40,192 bases of DNA from a virus (IMGVR_UViG_3300012231_000023:1-40192); one strand, 5' to 3'; shown: positions 1 to 9,204, numbered from the stretch's first letter. Translations and numbers: made by a program. Notes: generated by a model from the sequence alone, not told the origin.

Positions 1-242
1 CAATACCAAACCCCGCCGCTTAAGTCTCCCGGCCCTTCGTGAAATTGAGCCGCATTGGCAACCGAGAATGCCGGGGTCGAAGCCCCCGTGTCGAGTATTG
101 CCGTTGCACCGTCAGCGCCTTCCCACTTGAATCCGGCAACGACCAAATCCCCGGCTGTGACCGTAAGCGCGTCGCTCGCAGACAAGTCTGTGCCGCTGCC
201 ATCCACCGTTCCAAGTGAAGTGTCGTGAAGTGTGGCAGCCAT
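1..242 (-). CDS. N-terminal part of a Thr/Ala/Gly-rich putative virion beta-sandwich protein (runs off window start; probably continues at 40192)
   Basis: My translation from ATG 242 (TAATG overlap with upstream stop) gives MAATLHDTSLGTVDGSGTDLSASDALTVTAGDLVVAGFKWEG...GGVWY, open to position 1. Not in the ORF track. Confidence 0.7.
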   Translation of the reverse strand, partial: MAATLHDTSLGTVDGSGTDLSASDALTVTAGDLVVAGFKWEGADGATAILDTGASTPAFSVANAAQFHEGPGDLSGGVWY

Positions 243-442
243 TATCGGGGCGGCTTCTCGTGCCGGATGATCGCGTCATCCCCGTAGGATTGTACGGAAT
301 CCTGAGCTATCTGCTGCTGGAGGTAGATGCGGCCGTTGAAATCGTAGGTGTTGCCCTTCCGCTCAACGAGCAAACGCAGTCCAGTTACGGACTCCTCGGC
401 CCAGAAGTTCTGATCCCCCGCAGGCTCCCACGTCCAGGCCAT
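242..442 (-). CDS. hypothetical protein (66 aa)
   Basis: Fits the operon tiling; its stop overlaps the next ATG. Confidence 0.6.
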   Translation of the reverse strand: MAWTWEPAGDQNFWAEESVTGLRLLVERKGNTYDFNGRIYLQQQIAQDSVQSYGDDAIIRHEKPPR

Positions 443-445
443 GCA

Positions 446-577
446 CTATCTCGTTCGCTTCCTCAGCACGATGGCCGAGAACGTGTAGATAAACCGATTG
501 ATTTCCCACAGCATCGTGGTTCCGGTTTCCCACTCGATATAAGTTCCGTCGCCCCAGTCAATCGGTGTTCCGTTCAT
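446..577 (-). CDS. small protein (43 aa) with periodic Trp/Gly motif and basic C-terminus
   Basis: My translation: MNGTPIDWGDGTYIEWETGTTMLWEINRFIYTFSAIVLRKRTR. ATGA overlap with the upstream stop; fills the gap exactly. Confidence 0.65.
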   Translation of the reverse strand: MNGTPIDWGDGTYIEWETGTTMLWEINRFIYTFSAIVLRKRTR

Positions 578-1416
578 GCTGCAAACCTTCCACTGTGGCG
601 GACATTACGCTGATCGAGTCCAGGCACGTAGACAGTGCTCACTCCAGCACCAGGCACAAATGACCGCTGAATGTCACTCGTGGCGAAGACTTGCCATGGG
701 TTTGCATCTAGACGGCGCACTTCGCCTTGAGAGAGACCGCGGTTCCAGACGAGGAAGAGGTAGACTTCTACGATGTCGCCAATACCAGAGCCAGGCACGC
801 TCGCTTGCCCGCCGCTAATCACGAATCGATCATCGGTCGCTGACGCACGGCTCGCTGCCGTTGAATTTGAACTGCGCAGGATACCTTGGTGCCAGATTTC
901 CAGCCCTCTGCGTGCAGCAACGAAGCACCACCTATTCATCCGATTGACATCTTTTCCGCCTAGCCCAGTCCATGTAAGTCTTTGGCCTCCAGTTGATCCG
1001 CCATAATCCCAATAGACGGTCCCGTCCGAGAACGGAGCGTGTGCGCCGCAGCGCCCTGTAGTACCCCCACCATCAAAGAGACCGAACAAGCTCGATCCCC
1101 TTAGTGTTGTGTCTGTGTGACGCTGGAGGCAATAAATCGTCGTCCCCGCAAATCCGATATCGTCCTCATCACAAGCCGTGATGTACTGGGCACCAGCGGA
1201 TGTAGACCAGCCAATCCCGCTCAATCCGCCCCAATGGCGTATGTGTGCATTCCCGCCAGATATCCCAACAGCGACGCTTCCTCGTGTCCTCTGAGCTGAG
1301 TTGAACACCGCGCGATGCTGCGAGCCCCAGTGAATCGCGCACACAAGCCCTTGAGTGAGACTGCCAGCAGCGTATCGAGGCTGACGAGCGTCAGAGAGTT
1401 GAATCGCACCAGGCAT
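574..1416 (-). CDS. LamG/concanavalin A-like lectin domain protein
   Basis: LamG-like C-terminal pattern (RWCFVA...LEIWHQG...GDIVEVYLFLVWNRGLSQGEVRRL..NPWQVF). Confidence 0.7.
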   Translation of the reverse strand: MPGAIQLSDARQPRYAAGSLTQGLVCAIHWGSQHRAVFNSAQRTRGSVAVGISGGNAHIRHWGGLSGIGWSTSAGAQYITACDEDDIGFAGTTIYCLQRHTDTTLRGSSLFGLFDGGGTTGRCGAHAPFSDGTVYWDYGGSTGGQRLTWTGLGGKDVNRMNRWCFVAARRGLEIWHQGILRSSNSTAASRASATDDRFVISGGQASVPGSGIGDIVEVYLFLVWNRGLSQGEVRRLDANPWQVFATSDIQRSFVPGAGVSTVYVPGLDQRNVRHSGRFAA

Positions 1417-1886
1417 TACGGATGCGGCCCGTAGGTGAACGGCGTCACCCAGAGATTCCAGTCAACGCCAATCGTCTGACCGCTCGCGTTGTTGTGAAAG
1501 TAGAACTCGTAGACCTGTTCGGTTTGGAAGCCAGGTAACTCGGCTTTCGGAATTACGGTGAAGAAATTGTTATCGGCTGCTATACCAGCAAAGGGAATTG
1601 GAAAGCTGCCAACGTAAAACACGAGGTTGCTGGTAGTAGGCGCCAGAGGGTCGTTCGTGCTCTGCACGTTCAGCGGTCGGCAGTACAGATCAATACTCCC
1701 TACCGTCGGGAACGTAGTGTCAAATTGGCACTCGAGCACGAACTGGGCAAAGGGCGAATCATCATCGTTCGTCCACGCCGAGCTCGCCTCAGACATCGCA
1801 TTGTTAGCAACGGTCGCTGTGGAGCCATCGTCGATCTGGTCCTGCGTGCCCCAAAATACGATGGTCGAGTTAGTGCCGATTGCCAT
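1416..1886 (-). CDS. putative virion beta-sandwich protein
   Basis: 156 aa, beta-strand-rich, translationally coupled to both neighbours. Confidence 0.6.
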   Translation of the reverse strand: MAIGTNSTIVFWGTQDQIDDGSTATVANNAMSEASSAWTNDDDSPFAQFVLECQFDTTFPTVGSIDLYCRPLNVQSTNDPLAPTTSNLVFYVGSFPIPFAGIAADNNFFTVIPKAELPGFQTEQVYEFYFHNNASGQTIGVDWNLWVTPFTYGPHP

Positions 1887-3917
1887 TTATGCCCCTGCGG
1901 AGTTGTCTACGCTCACGTCCACAAAGGAGAGTAGGCGTTTAGTCGTGCCGTCCTCGCTCACCCAGCGGGTGATATCCCCGGATGCTGTGGTGATATCCAC
2001 CGAGCTGCCAACGAGATTAGTCCCAGTGGTATCGAAGACAATCGCGCCCTTGCTGATGATCGTTCGCTCTTCGCCTGCGGGGAAATCGTCTAGGTCGGTG
2101 ATGGTCAAACCCGATGTGCCAGTTTTCCAGGTCTTGTGACCAGTGACCGAAGGCGTTGCGTCAGAAGCGCCGAACGTGGGGACGGTGCCGATTCGCGCGG
2201 GCACCAACTGGATATCGGATGGCTGGCCCAACCAGATCTCAACCGCTGTCATTCGGATGACAACAGGAACAGTCGGAGTCCCACCGCTTGAGCTCCATTC
2301 AAAAAAGCGGTTGGGATCGACGTTACCATCCAAAAGAATTCCGGTCGCGACGCCTACGGTGTAATCAGAGCGATTCTTACTACCGAGCCCTGTTCTCTCT
2401 ACATCGGTGATATTGGCTGAAGTTGAATACAGCAGCGGAGTGATGCCGCTATCGGCTGCGTTGACCGTACACCGATAGCTAATGGCTATCGTGACCGTTG
2501 CCCCCTCGTAAATGTCGCCTCTTATTTGCCATCGTACATGCGGAAGGAAATACGTCACGCCTTCCCCAGTAAACCTTTGACACAAAAAGTTACCGTCGAC
2601 CTCAATGGCATGACTGGCGATTGTCGAAAACAGATCGTTTACCACGACCTCGCCCCAGTCGCCGAGCATCGATCCATCGTTAGCGTTCCACCGCATCAGC
2701 ATACGGGCGCTCTGATTGGTGATTATTCTCGACTGATGGTCAGCCCCGACCATCCCAAGCTTCACGCGCCCCCGATAGGTTTCGGGTATGTCAGGAAAAA
2801 GGTTTTTGGTCTCTAAGTGCCCCACCGTTACATGGCCGCTAGAATTGACGTTGATCCCGTCTTCCCACTCGAACAGGTCACTAATTTCGTTGGCTGCGTA
2901 TGCAGTTAATCTGCCAATCTCGACGGTCTTCTCGTTATCGGAGATGTTCTCGAACCAAATACCAACACCGGCCTCAATGCCGACTTCGCCTATCTTGAGC
3001 GTCGACGCCCCGTCAGAAAGCGTGCTGATATTCCCGTACAGAGCAAACAAATGATCCGGGTCATTGGAGGTAATCTCGTAGTGGATTTTTTCAAACTTTG
3101 CACCACCCGTAGACAGGGCAACAGCAGCCGTCATTCCGGCAAGGCCAGCGCCTTCTATGAGAAAAACACCAGTACACACGACACTTCGCGTTGATCGAAA
3201 ATCCCAAATAAACGGCTTTGGTGTGATGCCACCATAGATGCCAACATCCAGGCCAACATTGTCAAACGTATAAAGAGTAGAGAATAGATAGCTTGATGGG
3301 ATGGTGTACTCAACAGTTGGGCCGAAGCATCCGCCAACCGACCAAAAATGACAGTCGCGCATCGCTGCGTTTTGGTGATACGACGCGCCAACCGTTGGAT
3401 CGTGAGCGACGGCGTACCCTGTGAATAAATGAAAACCACAGTTGCGAATCGTGTGGTTATTGCATCGCCCAGCAAACACAATCCCCGACTGATTGGCACC
3501 GGCACCAGGGAAATTTCCCATGAGCGTCAGCCGTTCCACGATCTGCCCGCCGCTTGCTGCACCCGTGAATGCATATTTAATGAGTGCCGCATCATCAGTG
3601 GCGCTATCAAGCCATAACACCGAAGCCGTGCCGCCGGTTGTGTAGTTGGCTGGGCTTGCGCCAGTCCCAGCAAAGTTCACAAACTTTATAGAGTCGTTAA
3701 TAACGCCGGTCGTGAATCTATAACGCGCCCCCTCTTGGCTAGCAGGGAAAACAATAGTCCCGCCGTCCAACAGCTCCCACGCGTCTATGAGTGCCTGCAC
3801 AATGCCGGAGTTGTCATAGGTGTCGTTCGCCAGAGCGCCATAGTTTTTCGCGTTCGCTACCCCGCCATGCATCCCCAGCGTCTTGAGGTTCACCCCGCCT
3901 ACAAGAATGTTAGCCAT
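1887..3917 (-). CDS. pectate-lyase-like right-handed beta-helix protein (spike/depolymerase-like)
   Basis: Typical Pectate_lyase_3-type start (VANAKNYGALANDTYDNSGIVQALIDA...GGTIVFP...YRF), then beta-helix rungs and a small C-terminal beta domain (TFGASDATPSV...). Confidence 0.75.
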   Translation of the reverse strand: MANILVGGVNLKTLGMHGGVANAKNYGALANDTYDNSGIVQALIDAWELLDGGTIVFPASQEGARYRFTTGVINDSIKFVNFAGTGASPANYTTGGTASVLWLDSATDDAALIKYAFTGAASGGQIVERLTLMGNFPGAGANQSGIVFAGRCNNHTIRNCGFHLFTGYAVAHDPTVGASYHQNAAMRDCHFWSVGGCFGPTVEYTIPSSYLFSTLYTFDNVGLDVGIYGGITPKPFIWDFRSTRSVVCTGVFLIEGAGLAGMTAAVALSTGGAKFEKIHYEITSNDPDHLFALYGNISTLSDGASTLKIGEVGIEAGVGIWFENISDNEKTVEIGRLTAYAANEISDLFEWEDGINVNSSGHVTVGHLETKNLFPDIPETYRGRVKLGMVGADHQSRIITNQSARMLMRWNANDGSMLGDWGEVVVNDLFSTIASHAIEVDGNFLCQRFTGEGVTYFLPHVRWQIRGDIYEGATVTIAISYRCTVNAADSGITPLLYSTSANITDVERTGLGSKNRSDYTVGVATGILLDGNVDPNRFFEWSSSGGTPTVPVVIRMTAVEIWLGQPSDIQLVPARIGTVPTFGASDATPSVTGHKTWKTGTSGLTITDLDDFPAGEERTIISKGAIVFDTTGTNLVGSSVDITTASGDITRWVSEDGTTKRLLSFVDVSVDNSAGA

Positions 3918-4372
3918 TAGATAAACACCGTCCCGCTAACCAAGAACCAAGCTGTAGCGCTTTTGTGCTCGAAATACGCCCAGTCCCCCGGAGCAATCGA
4001 AAGCGCGGCATTCGTACCCGCTCCAAGATCCTCCCCAGAGGTAGGGAACAACTGAGCATTGTCCGCAGCGTCATCGTTGAAGAAAACGAAATAGCGAAGC
4101 AAGGCAGTACCCGCAGGAGCTTTGAAAGCATTATTAGACGACGTGACAGTGGTCGCTATGTTCTTGTTCGCGGCGAGCTGAGTGGCTGTAGCTTGTATGA
4201 TCCCGACACCCGTTAGACCACCAGCGTAGGTCTCAACATAGCCAAGATAGGCGCCAAACTCGCTAAGTACAATCGAGTTTCCACCTGGTTGCCCGGTGCG
4301 ATGAACGGGTATCTTGTCGGTTAGCGATAGAGCCGCAGCGGTTGTTGAGGCTCTATCCCAAATCGTGGTCAT
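3917..4372 (-). CDS. putative virion structural/fibre protein
   Basis: 151 aa, Ala/Thr-rich; the C-terminal half resembles phage fibre/decoration beta domains; TAATG coupling. Confidence 0.55.
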   Translation of the reverse strand: MTTIWDRASTTAAALSLTDKIPVHRTGQPGGNSIVLSEFGAYLGYVETYAGGLTGVGIIQATATQLAANKNIATTVTSSNNAFKAPAGTALLRYFVFFNDDAADNAQLFPTSGEDLGAGTNAALSIAPGDWAYFEHKSATAWFLVSGTVFI

Positions 4373-4526
4373 GCGGTCTAGTTTCTATTGGCACGGCCGG
4401 AATGTCTACAGGTTCCGCCTGCAAAATCCCGCCCATCAGGCAGATGTGCTCGACCTCAAAGCCTTGAAGGTCAGACGTGCTTCTCACGACGTAGCAGCCT
4501 AGGTGGGTGCGGTAGGACTCGATCAA
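4353..4526 (-). CDS. hypothetical protein (57 aa)
   Basis: TTG start overlaps the upstream TGA, with GGAGGT just upstream; C-terminal part of track ORF 4353..4745. Confidence 0.45.
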   Translation of the reverse strand: MIESYRTHLGCYVVRSTSDLQGFEVEHICLMGGILQAEPVDIPAVPIETRPHDHDLG

Positions 4527-4663
4527 ATTGACCTCCAGCCAGCCCATACAAGAACAGCCCCGACCACGGCTAACGCCAAGCGCCAATCTGTATAGGCTGC
4601 GGCGGCGAGCACAAACGCCGCCCCAATCACTAGAGCCAGAATCGCTGCGTCGTCCTTTTTCAC
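4523..4663 (-). CDS. small two-TM membrane protein (46 aa), holin-like candidate
   Basis: My translation: MKKDDAAILALVIGAAFVLAAAAYTDWRLALAVVGAVLVWAGWRSI. GTGA overlap upstream and TTGA overlap downstream. Confidence 0.6.
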   Translation of the reverse strand: MKKDDAAILALVIGAAFVLAAAAYTDWRLALAVVGAVLVWAGWRSI

Positions 4664-4986
4664 TTGCCTTGCCTGTAGTTGGAATACAGCGAACGACACC
4701 ACTCGACCGCCATCGCTTCTGATCGGCGCTTGTTCGCGACCGCATCGTACTTTCGTTGCGCTTCGAGGTATTCGAGCCTCATCGCCTGAGCGCTGTTTTC
4801 TGACCTAGCAGCGGCTTTGCGAACCTCAACCGGACCATCCATGTGAAGGAACAAAGCGTCTACAGTGGATTCGTAGCGGGCCTCGGCTACGTCGGCGGCG
4901 TGCTTTAGGTCGGCGGCTTGCTCGTCGCTGCCGGTGAGGTAGGCGAGCGCTTCGTTAGCGCGACTCTCGATATCAAGCACCTTCAC
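4660..4986 (-). CDS. conserved phage helical/coiled-coil protein
   Basis: GTG start overlapping the ninG end; Ala/Glu-rich helices ending in EWCRSLYSNYR. Confidence 0.65.
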   Translation of the reverse strand: MKVLDIESRANEALAYLTGSDEQAADLKHAADVAEARYESTVDALFLHMDGPVEVRKAAARSENSAQAMRLEYLEAQRKYDAVANKRRSEAMAVEWCRSLYSNYRQGK

Positions 4987-5569
4987 GCTTTGCCCTCGCT
5001 TCTTTCCACCACCGCAAATAGGCCCTACGGAGCTGCACGAGCTCGTCACGCTGCCACTTCGGCGCGTCGTTCTTGTTCTCGATGCGCTCAACCACCGCGA
5101 GTCCAATCAACTCGACAAGCCGCTTGCGGTACTCGATTTGGTTGCCTGACAGGTACGAGTTGCAATGCTCACATTGTGCGTGGACGTTCAGCTCGTTGAA
5201 CCGGTGCTGCGGCGCTGCTCCGACGCTTCGATAGTGGCCCGCGTTCATCTTCGCCCCAGTCAAACGACCGCACGAGATGCACGCCTTGCCATAGTCCCGC
5301 TGCAAAATAAATCGGTTGAACTCCTTCTGCGCCTCGGCGAGTAGCTTGCTTATAGGCTTGTTCTTCGCCCTCCAAACCTGCCGCTCGGCTCGAATCACGC
5401 GCAGATTCTTCTCGGCTTGCTCGACGCGCATGAACGCTATGGCGCATTTCACGCTGCAAGTCTTCTGCCCTATTCGCTTTGGCTCGAACTCGTTCACGCA
5501 GTTAGGCGCTCGGCACTTTTTCAGGCGAGGGCGGCGGGCGGTTTGCAGCTTCAAGACGGGACGATTCAT
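4973..5569 (-). CDS. ninG: NinG/Rap-like recombination endonuclease
   Basis: KKC..C...F.P....QK.CS..CA N-terminus; AQKEFNRFI..RD...CISCG; AGHYRSVGAAP..RFNE.NVHAQC..CN..LSGN...YR..L. Confidence 0.92.
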   Translation of the reverse strand: MNRPVLKLQTARRPRLKKCRAPNCVNEFEPKRIGQKTCSVKCAIAFMRVEQAEKNLRVIRAERQVWRAKNKPISKLLAEAQKEFNRFILQRDYGKACISCGRLTGAKMNAGHYRSVGAAPQHRFNELNVHAQCEHCNSYLSGNQIEYRKRLVELIGLAVVERIENKNDAPKWQRDELVQLRRAYLRWWKEARAKREGA

Positions 5570-5747
5570 AACAGGACCTGTGAAGCCACTTGGTTACTTT
5601 GAACTCGACCGAGTACGGATGGATCTCGCGTCCAATCTGCCCGCTCTGGCCGCAGTGATCGCAGAGACCGAAGACGATTGGAGGCTCATACCTACGCCCA
5701 GACTCTTTGCGAGACGATCGCGCTGACTTTTCCTTGCGTGATGCCAT
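5502..5747 (-). CDS. small Zn-finger-like protein (start uncertain)
   Basis: CDHCG...WLHRSC motif; overlaps both neighbours. Confidence 0.35.
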   Translation of the reverse strand: MASRKEKSARSSRKESGRRYEPPIVFGLCDHCGQSGQIGREIHPYSVEFKVTKWLHRSCYESSRLEAANRPPPSPEKVPSA

Positions 5748-5853
5748 ACTCGATTGCGAGCTCTGATTGCTTCGCCTCCCTCGCTAGGTATCTGCGTCTA
5801 ATCTCGTGGGCCTTCTCGCGTGTCATGGTTCGGTAGCTGCGCTTAGGCCGCAT
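5692..5853 (-). CDS. small HTH protein
   Basis: KQSELAIEYGITQGKVSAIV helix-turn-helix pattern. Confidence 0.6.
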   Translation of the reverse strand: MRPKRSYRTMTREKAHEIRRRYLAREAKQSELAIEYGITQGKVSAIVSQRVWA

Positions 5854-6823
5854 CTTCTGAACCGAACAGATCATCCTGCGGTGAAACGTTGTCAGTCCCT
5901 GCCGCAGCGGCTTCGATGTTCTTGACGGCTTGCCGGTAATAGCTCGGTTTCAGTTCGACGCCGATACCGAGACGCCCTTGAGCCACCGACGCATAGACCT
6001 CAGAACCTACGCCCATGAACGGCGTTAGAACCTTCTCGCCAGGATTCGACCACAACGTGAGTACGCGGTCGATCACATCAAGCTGTAACGGATGAACGTG
6101 CTTCTCGTCCTCCTCGTCTCGAGCATCGCGAAACGGCAGCACTCGTCCGATCCGCACATCGTCCCAAAACGCCGAGGCGTACTGCCGCCAGATCCAATGC
6201 GAGTAGCGATTCTCGATCTGATTGCCTGACCATCCGCGCCACTGTAGAACTTCGTTCGGCGGACTGCGCTCGCCAGCGTATTCGAGTAGCCCCACCGGAT
6301 GCTCGATTGGGATTTTGTTCTCACCTTGCCGGCGGAACACGAGCAGCCAATCGGCACTAGCGACGCTACATCGCGAGGAATCATCGACGATGGTTTTGTG
6401 CGCTAGGTTCTTCGCCATCGTGCGATTTCGAACGCCGAGCGGTTCTTTCCACACGGCATAGCGCGCGATGTACCTAAACCCTTCCTTCTCGTGCAGACGG
6501 ATGATGTCGCCCGGAAAATCAATCAGGAAGTCAGTGCCGCTGTTGCCACTGGGCACGTCCATACAATGCACGGCCGTCATTCTGCCAGGCATCGTCAGCC
6601 GCGCAATCTCGCGCACCACGTAGCCGTAATGCTCCAAGAACTCCGCGTAACTGTTGTTGTTCGATAGATCGCGGTCATCGCTCGAATAGTGGTAGAGACC
6701 ACCGAAAGGAGGAGAATACACCGACAGGTGAATGCACTCGTCCGGAAACGTCTGCATAACCTCTATGCAATCCCCCTCGTAAATGGCGTAACGATTCGTG
6801 ATGTTCTGGTTGGCTACAGCCAT
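5843..6823 (-). CDS. N4-cytosine/N6-adenine DNA methyltransferase (beta class)
   Basis: GDCIEVM, catalytic SPPF, HVHPLQLDVI, SAM motif VLTPFMGVGSE, GIGVELKPSYY. Confidence 0.92.
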   Translation of the reverse strand: MAVANQNITNRYAIYEGDCIEVMQTFPDECIHLSVYSPPFGGLYHYSSDDRDLSNNNSYAEFLEHYGYVVREIARLTMPGRMTAVHCMDVPSGNSGTDFLIDFPGDIIRLHEKEGFRYIARYAVWKEPLGVRNRTMAKNLAHKTIVDDSSRCSVASADWLLVFRRQGENKIPIEHPVGLLEYAGERSPPNEVLQWRGWSGNQIENRYSHWIWRQYASAFWDDVRIGRVLPFRDARDEEDEKHVHPLQLDVIDRVLTLWSNPGEKVLTPFMGVGSEVYASVAQGRLGIGVELKPSYYRQAVKNIEAAAAGTDNVSPQDDLFGSEDAA

Positions 6824-8205
6824 GCCGGCACCTTCTCTTGATTCGTGAATACTCGGCCCCTCGCAAGATTTTGCGAGCGGTTCATTTCTGCGACTAGATT
6901 TGAAAACATGCGGTCGGCTGCCTGCGCTTTACGCTGCAAGTTCTTGAGCACACCGAGTCCGCCTTCGGTCGTCACCACGTCAACGTGCACCGTCCGCTTT
7001 TGCCCAAACCGCCAGGAGCGGCGCACCCCTTGGTAGTACTGCTCGAACGAATGCGACGGGAAGAATGTGATGTGCGCGTTGTGCTGGAAGTTCAAACCCC
7101 ACGCGCCTATCTTTGGCTTAGTCACGAGCACGCGCAGTTGCCCGTTCGCGAACGCTAGGAACAGTTCCTCTTTCTGCTCGTCAGATTGTTTCCCGCTAAC
7201 CTGCCGCGCATCCGGTATCGCGTCGGCCAGGTAGTCGCCCTCGTCGTTAAGGTGACACCACACAAGCGCGGAGTGCCCGGTGTCTACGAGCTTCGCGACT
7301 TTCTCACACCGCTCCTGAATTGAACGACGGCTCTCGTCTCGCTGCTCTTTCAGCCCCACTGCTGGCAGAGAGAACAGCGCACCGTTCGCTAGCGTCTTTA
7401 CCTCCACCACATGCTCACGCTCGATCAGCGGCGGTAGAACGAACCGACTGTCATCGAATCCGAGATCAGACGGGCGCCGGCACGCTCGAGCCCAGGAGCA
7501 AACCCAGCGCCAGAACGGCAGCTCGGCGTGGCCCTTGAAACGCCATTTGGCGGCATCGTCCAGTTTTTGAAAGTCCTTGCCGCGCTGTCGATAAATAACT
7601 GGCTTGCTTGTGTTCTGATCGTTCTTGAAGAACCGTGCCAGCATGTCCATATGCCCGAGATACCCAAGAGCCTCGCTCGAGGTTCCGAGCTCGGTGTAAT
7701 CGTTTGGTGCCGCTGTAGCTGTGCACAGCAGCCGATACGGGATCTTGCGCATAAACTCTGTGATGGCTTGCCGGGTCGATCCGTCAAACGATTTCAGGAT
7801 GCTCGACTCGTCGCAAACAACGCCCCCGAAGTCTGACGGGCTGAAGTAGTGAAGCCGTTCATAGTTCACGACTGCGATGTGTGATCCTGCTACTTTTCCA
7901 TCAGGACAACGCCGAGCCTCGATGCCGAACTTCTCAGCCTCGCTAACCGTTTGCTGAGAGACCGCTAACGGAGTCAACACTAACACCGGCTTATTCGTCT
8001 TGCGCACCACGTTCTCGGCCCACACGAGCTGCATCGGAGTCTTGCCGAGACCGCAGTCGGCGAAGATGGCCGAACGACCCTTCCGTATCGCCCAGTCAAC
8101 TAGCGACTGTTGGAAGTCGAACAGGAAATCCGGCATCCACACAGGCTCAAACCCGTCGCCAGCGTCGAGCTGAGACTTGTTCTCAAGAAAAGCGCTATAA
8201 CTCAT
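6814..8205 (-). CDS. SF2 (SNF2-like) helicase
   Basis: Walker A ADCGLGKT, Walker B DESS, motif III TATAAPN, C-terminal GLNFQ and Q..RRSWRFGQ. Confidence 0.92.
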   Translation of the reverse strand: MSYSAFLENKSQLDAGDGFEPVWMPDFLFDFQQSLVDWAIRKGRSAIFADCGLGKTPMQLVWAENVVRKTNKPVLVLTPLAVSQQTVSEAEKFGIEARRCPDGKVAGSHIAVVNYERLHYFSPSDFGGVVCDESSILKSFDGSTRQAITEFMRKIPYRLLCTATAAPNDYTELGTSSEALGYLGHMDMLARFFKNDQNTSKPVIYRQRGKDFQKLDDAAKWRFKGHAELPFWRWVCSWARACRRPSDLGFDDSRFVLPPLIEREHVVEVKTLANGALFSLPAVGLKEQRDESRRSIQERCEKVAKLVDTGHSALVWCHLNDEGDYLADAIPDARQVSGKQSDEQKEELFLAFANGQLRVLVTKPKIGAWGLNFQHNAHITFFPSHSFEQYYQGVRRSWRFGQKRTVHVDVVTTEGGLGVLKNLQRKAQAADRMFSNLVAEMNRSQNLARGRVFTNQEKVPAWL

Positions 8206-8402
8206 CCCCGCACCAACGAATAAACAGCCACACGAGCACCTCCACGAGTGCGCTTGTAGTCGGTGCGAATGTCAACGCCGTCGAGACGAAGGTCGTAAAT
8301 TCTGGCGCCGAGTCTCATCGTGCCAATTTTCTTCAGCGCCGTCATCGGATCAATCGGGCCGACTCGCTCGAGCCAGCGCAGTACTTGTTTCGTTTGGTTC
8401 AT
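8202..8402 (-). CDS. winged-HTH small phage protein
   Basis: I.PMTAL..IG.MRLGARIYDLR..G..I.T pattern. Confidence 0.8.
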   Translation of the reverse strand: MNQTKQVLRWLERVGPIDPMTALKKIGTMRLGARIYDLRLDGVDIRTDYKRTRGGARVAVYSLVRG

Positions 8403-8617
8403 GATTGCTTACTCCTGATCTCCAAATCCCGCATTTCGTTTTCGGTCAATCGAGCCCATTTGTACAAAGTCCGCCTGTCGATCTCGAATTTGTGCGCGAT
8501 CTCCGCAGCAGACATTCGGTACGCCTTGCGAGTGAAGTACAACTCGCGCACTAGGCGGACGTCGTTAAGGCGGAGGTGTAGTGCTGACATTCGCTTTCTC
8601 TGCTGCCCTTCGTTCAA
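8399..8617 (-). CDS. HTH protein (likely start 8590)
   Basis: MSAAEIAHKFEIDRRTLYKW HTH. Confidence 0.7.
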   Translation of the reverse strand: MNEGQQRKRMSALHLRLNDVRLVRELYFTRKAYRMSAAEIAHKFEIDRRTLYKWARLTENEMRDLEIRSKQS

Positions 8618-8792
8618 GTTCCGCCTTGCCTCGCAGCAAAGCCTCCAGTGGAATGTTGTAGCGCATAGCCAGATATTCCGGTCTGGTCCCGTTCTTCAAA
8701 GCTGCCCAAGCCAAGTCACGGATCTTGTGAGCGGCTTGCATCTCTCCGGCTAGGCGGGCTCGGGCTAGGTCTCTAGCTACGTCGTCCATCAT
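8565..8792 (-). CDS. hypothetical protein
   Basis: ATGA overlap with the upstream gene; helical. Confidence 0.6.
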   Translation of the reverse strand: MMDDVARDLARARLAGEMQAAHKIRDLAWAALKNGTRPEYLAMRYNIPLEALLRGKAELERRAAEKANVSTTPPP

Positions 8793-9001
8793 GCGTACCA
8801 AAAACCGACAGCATCACGCGCAGCTCTATACGCCGCAGCTATCTCTATGGCATCGTTGTGCTCTAGGTACTTCAGCAAGATTGCATCCGCTTCAGAGTGC
8901 GCTTTCTCAGGGTCACGGCCCATTAGGTCCATCATGGCCGTCAGCTTTCTAACCGCTTCGTCGTGGGTCATCTTCTCTTCCTCTTGAAGGTTTTCGGTCA
9001 A
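8789..9001 (-). CDS. hypothetical phage protein (start 9001 or 8971)
   Basis: D.E.AH.EAD.ILL..L...WYA pattern seen in small phage proteins. Confidence 0.65.
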   Translation of the reverse strand: MTENLQEEEKMTHDEAVRKLTAMMDLMGRDPEKAHSEADAILLKYLEHNDAIEIAAAYRAARDAVGFWYA

Positions 9002-9186
9002 AATCCCATCGTGCCTTGTCGTTCGTTGACCGCGCCTTCCGCCCAGAATCTTTCACGAGGCCACTCGGGCATGTTCCAAATCCAAGCGATGAACCCGCAA
9101 ACACGACAGCGTTTGTAACGAGCGACCGTTGCGCCGTCTCGTACTACTTCGTGATCGTTGGTTTCGCCACCGCATTTGCACTGCAT
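8998..9186 (-). CDS. Zn-ribbon protein
   Basis: MQCKCGG.T...R.KRC..CG; purine-rich stretch upstream of ATG 9186. Confidence 0.65.
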   Translation of the reverse strand: MQCKCGGETNDHEVVRDGATVARYKRCRVCGFIAWIWNMPEWPRERFWAEGAVNERQGTMGF

Positions 9187-9204
9187 AACTCTTTCTCTTA
9201 GTAG

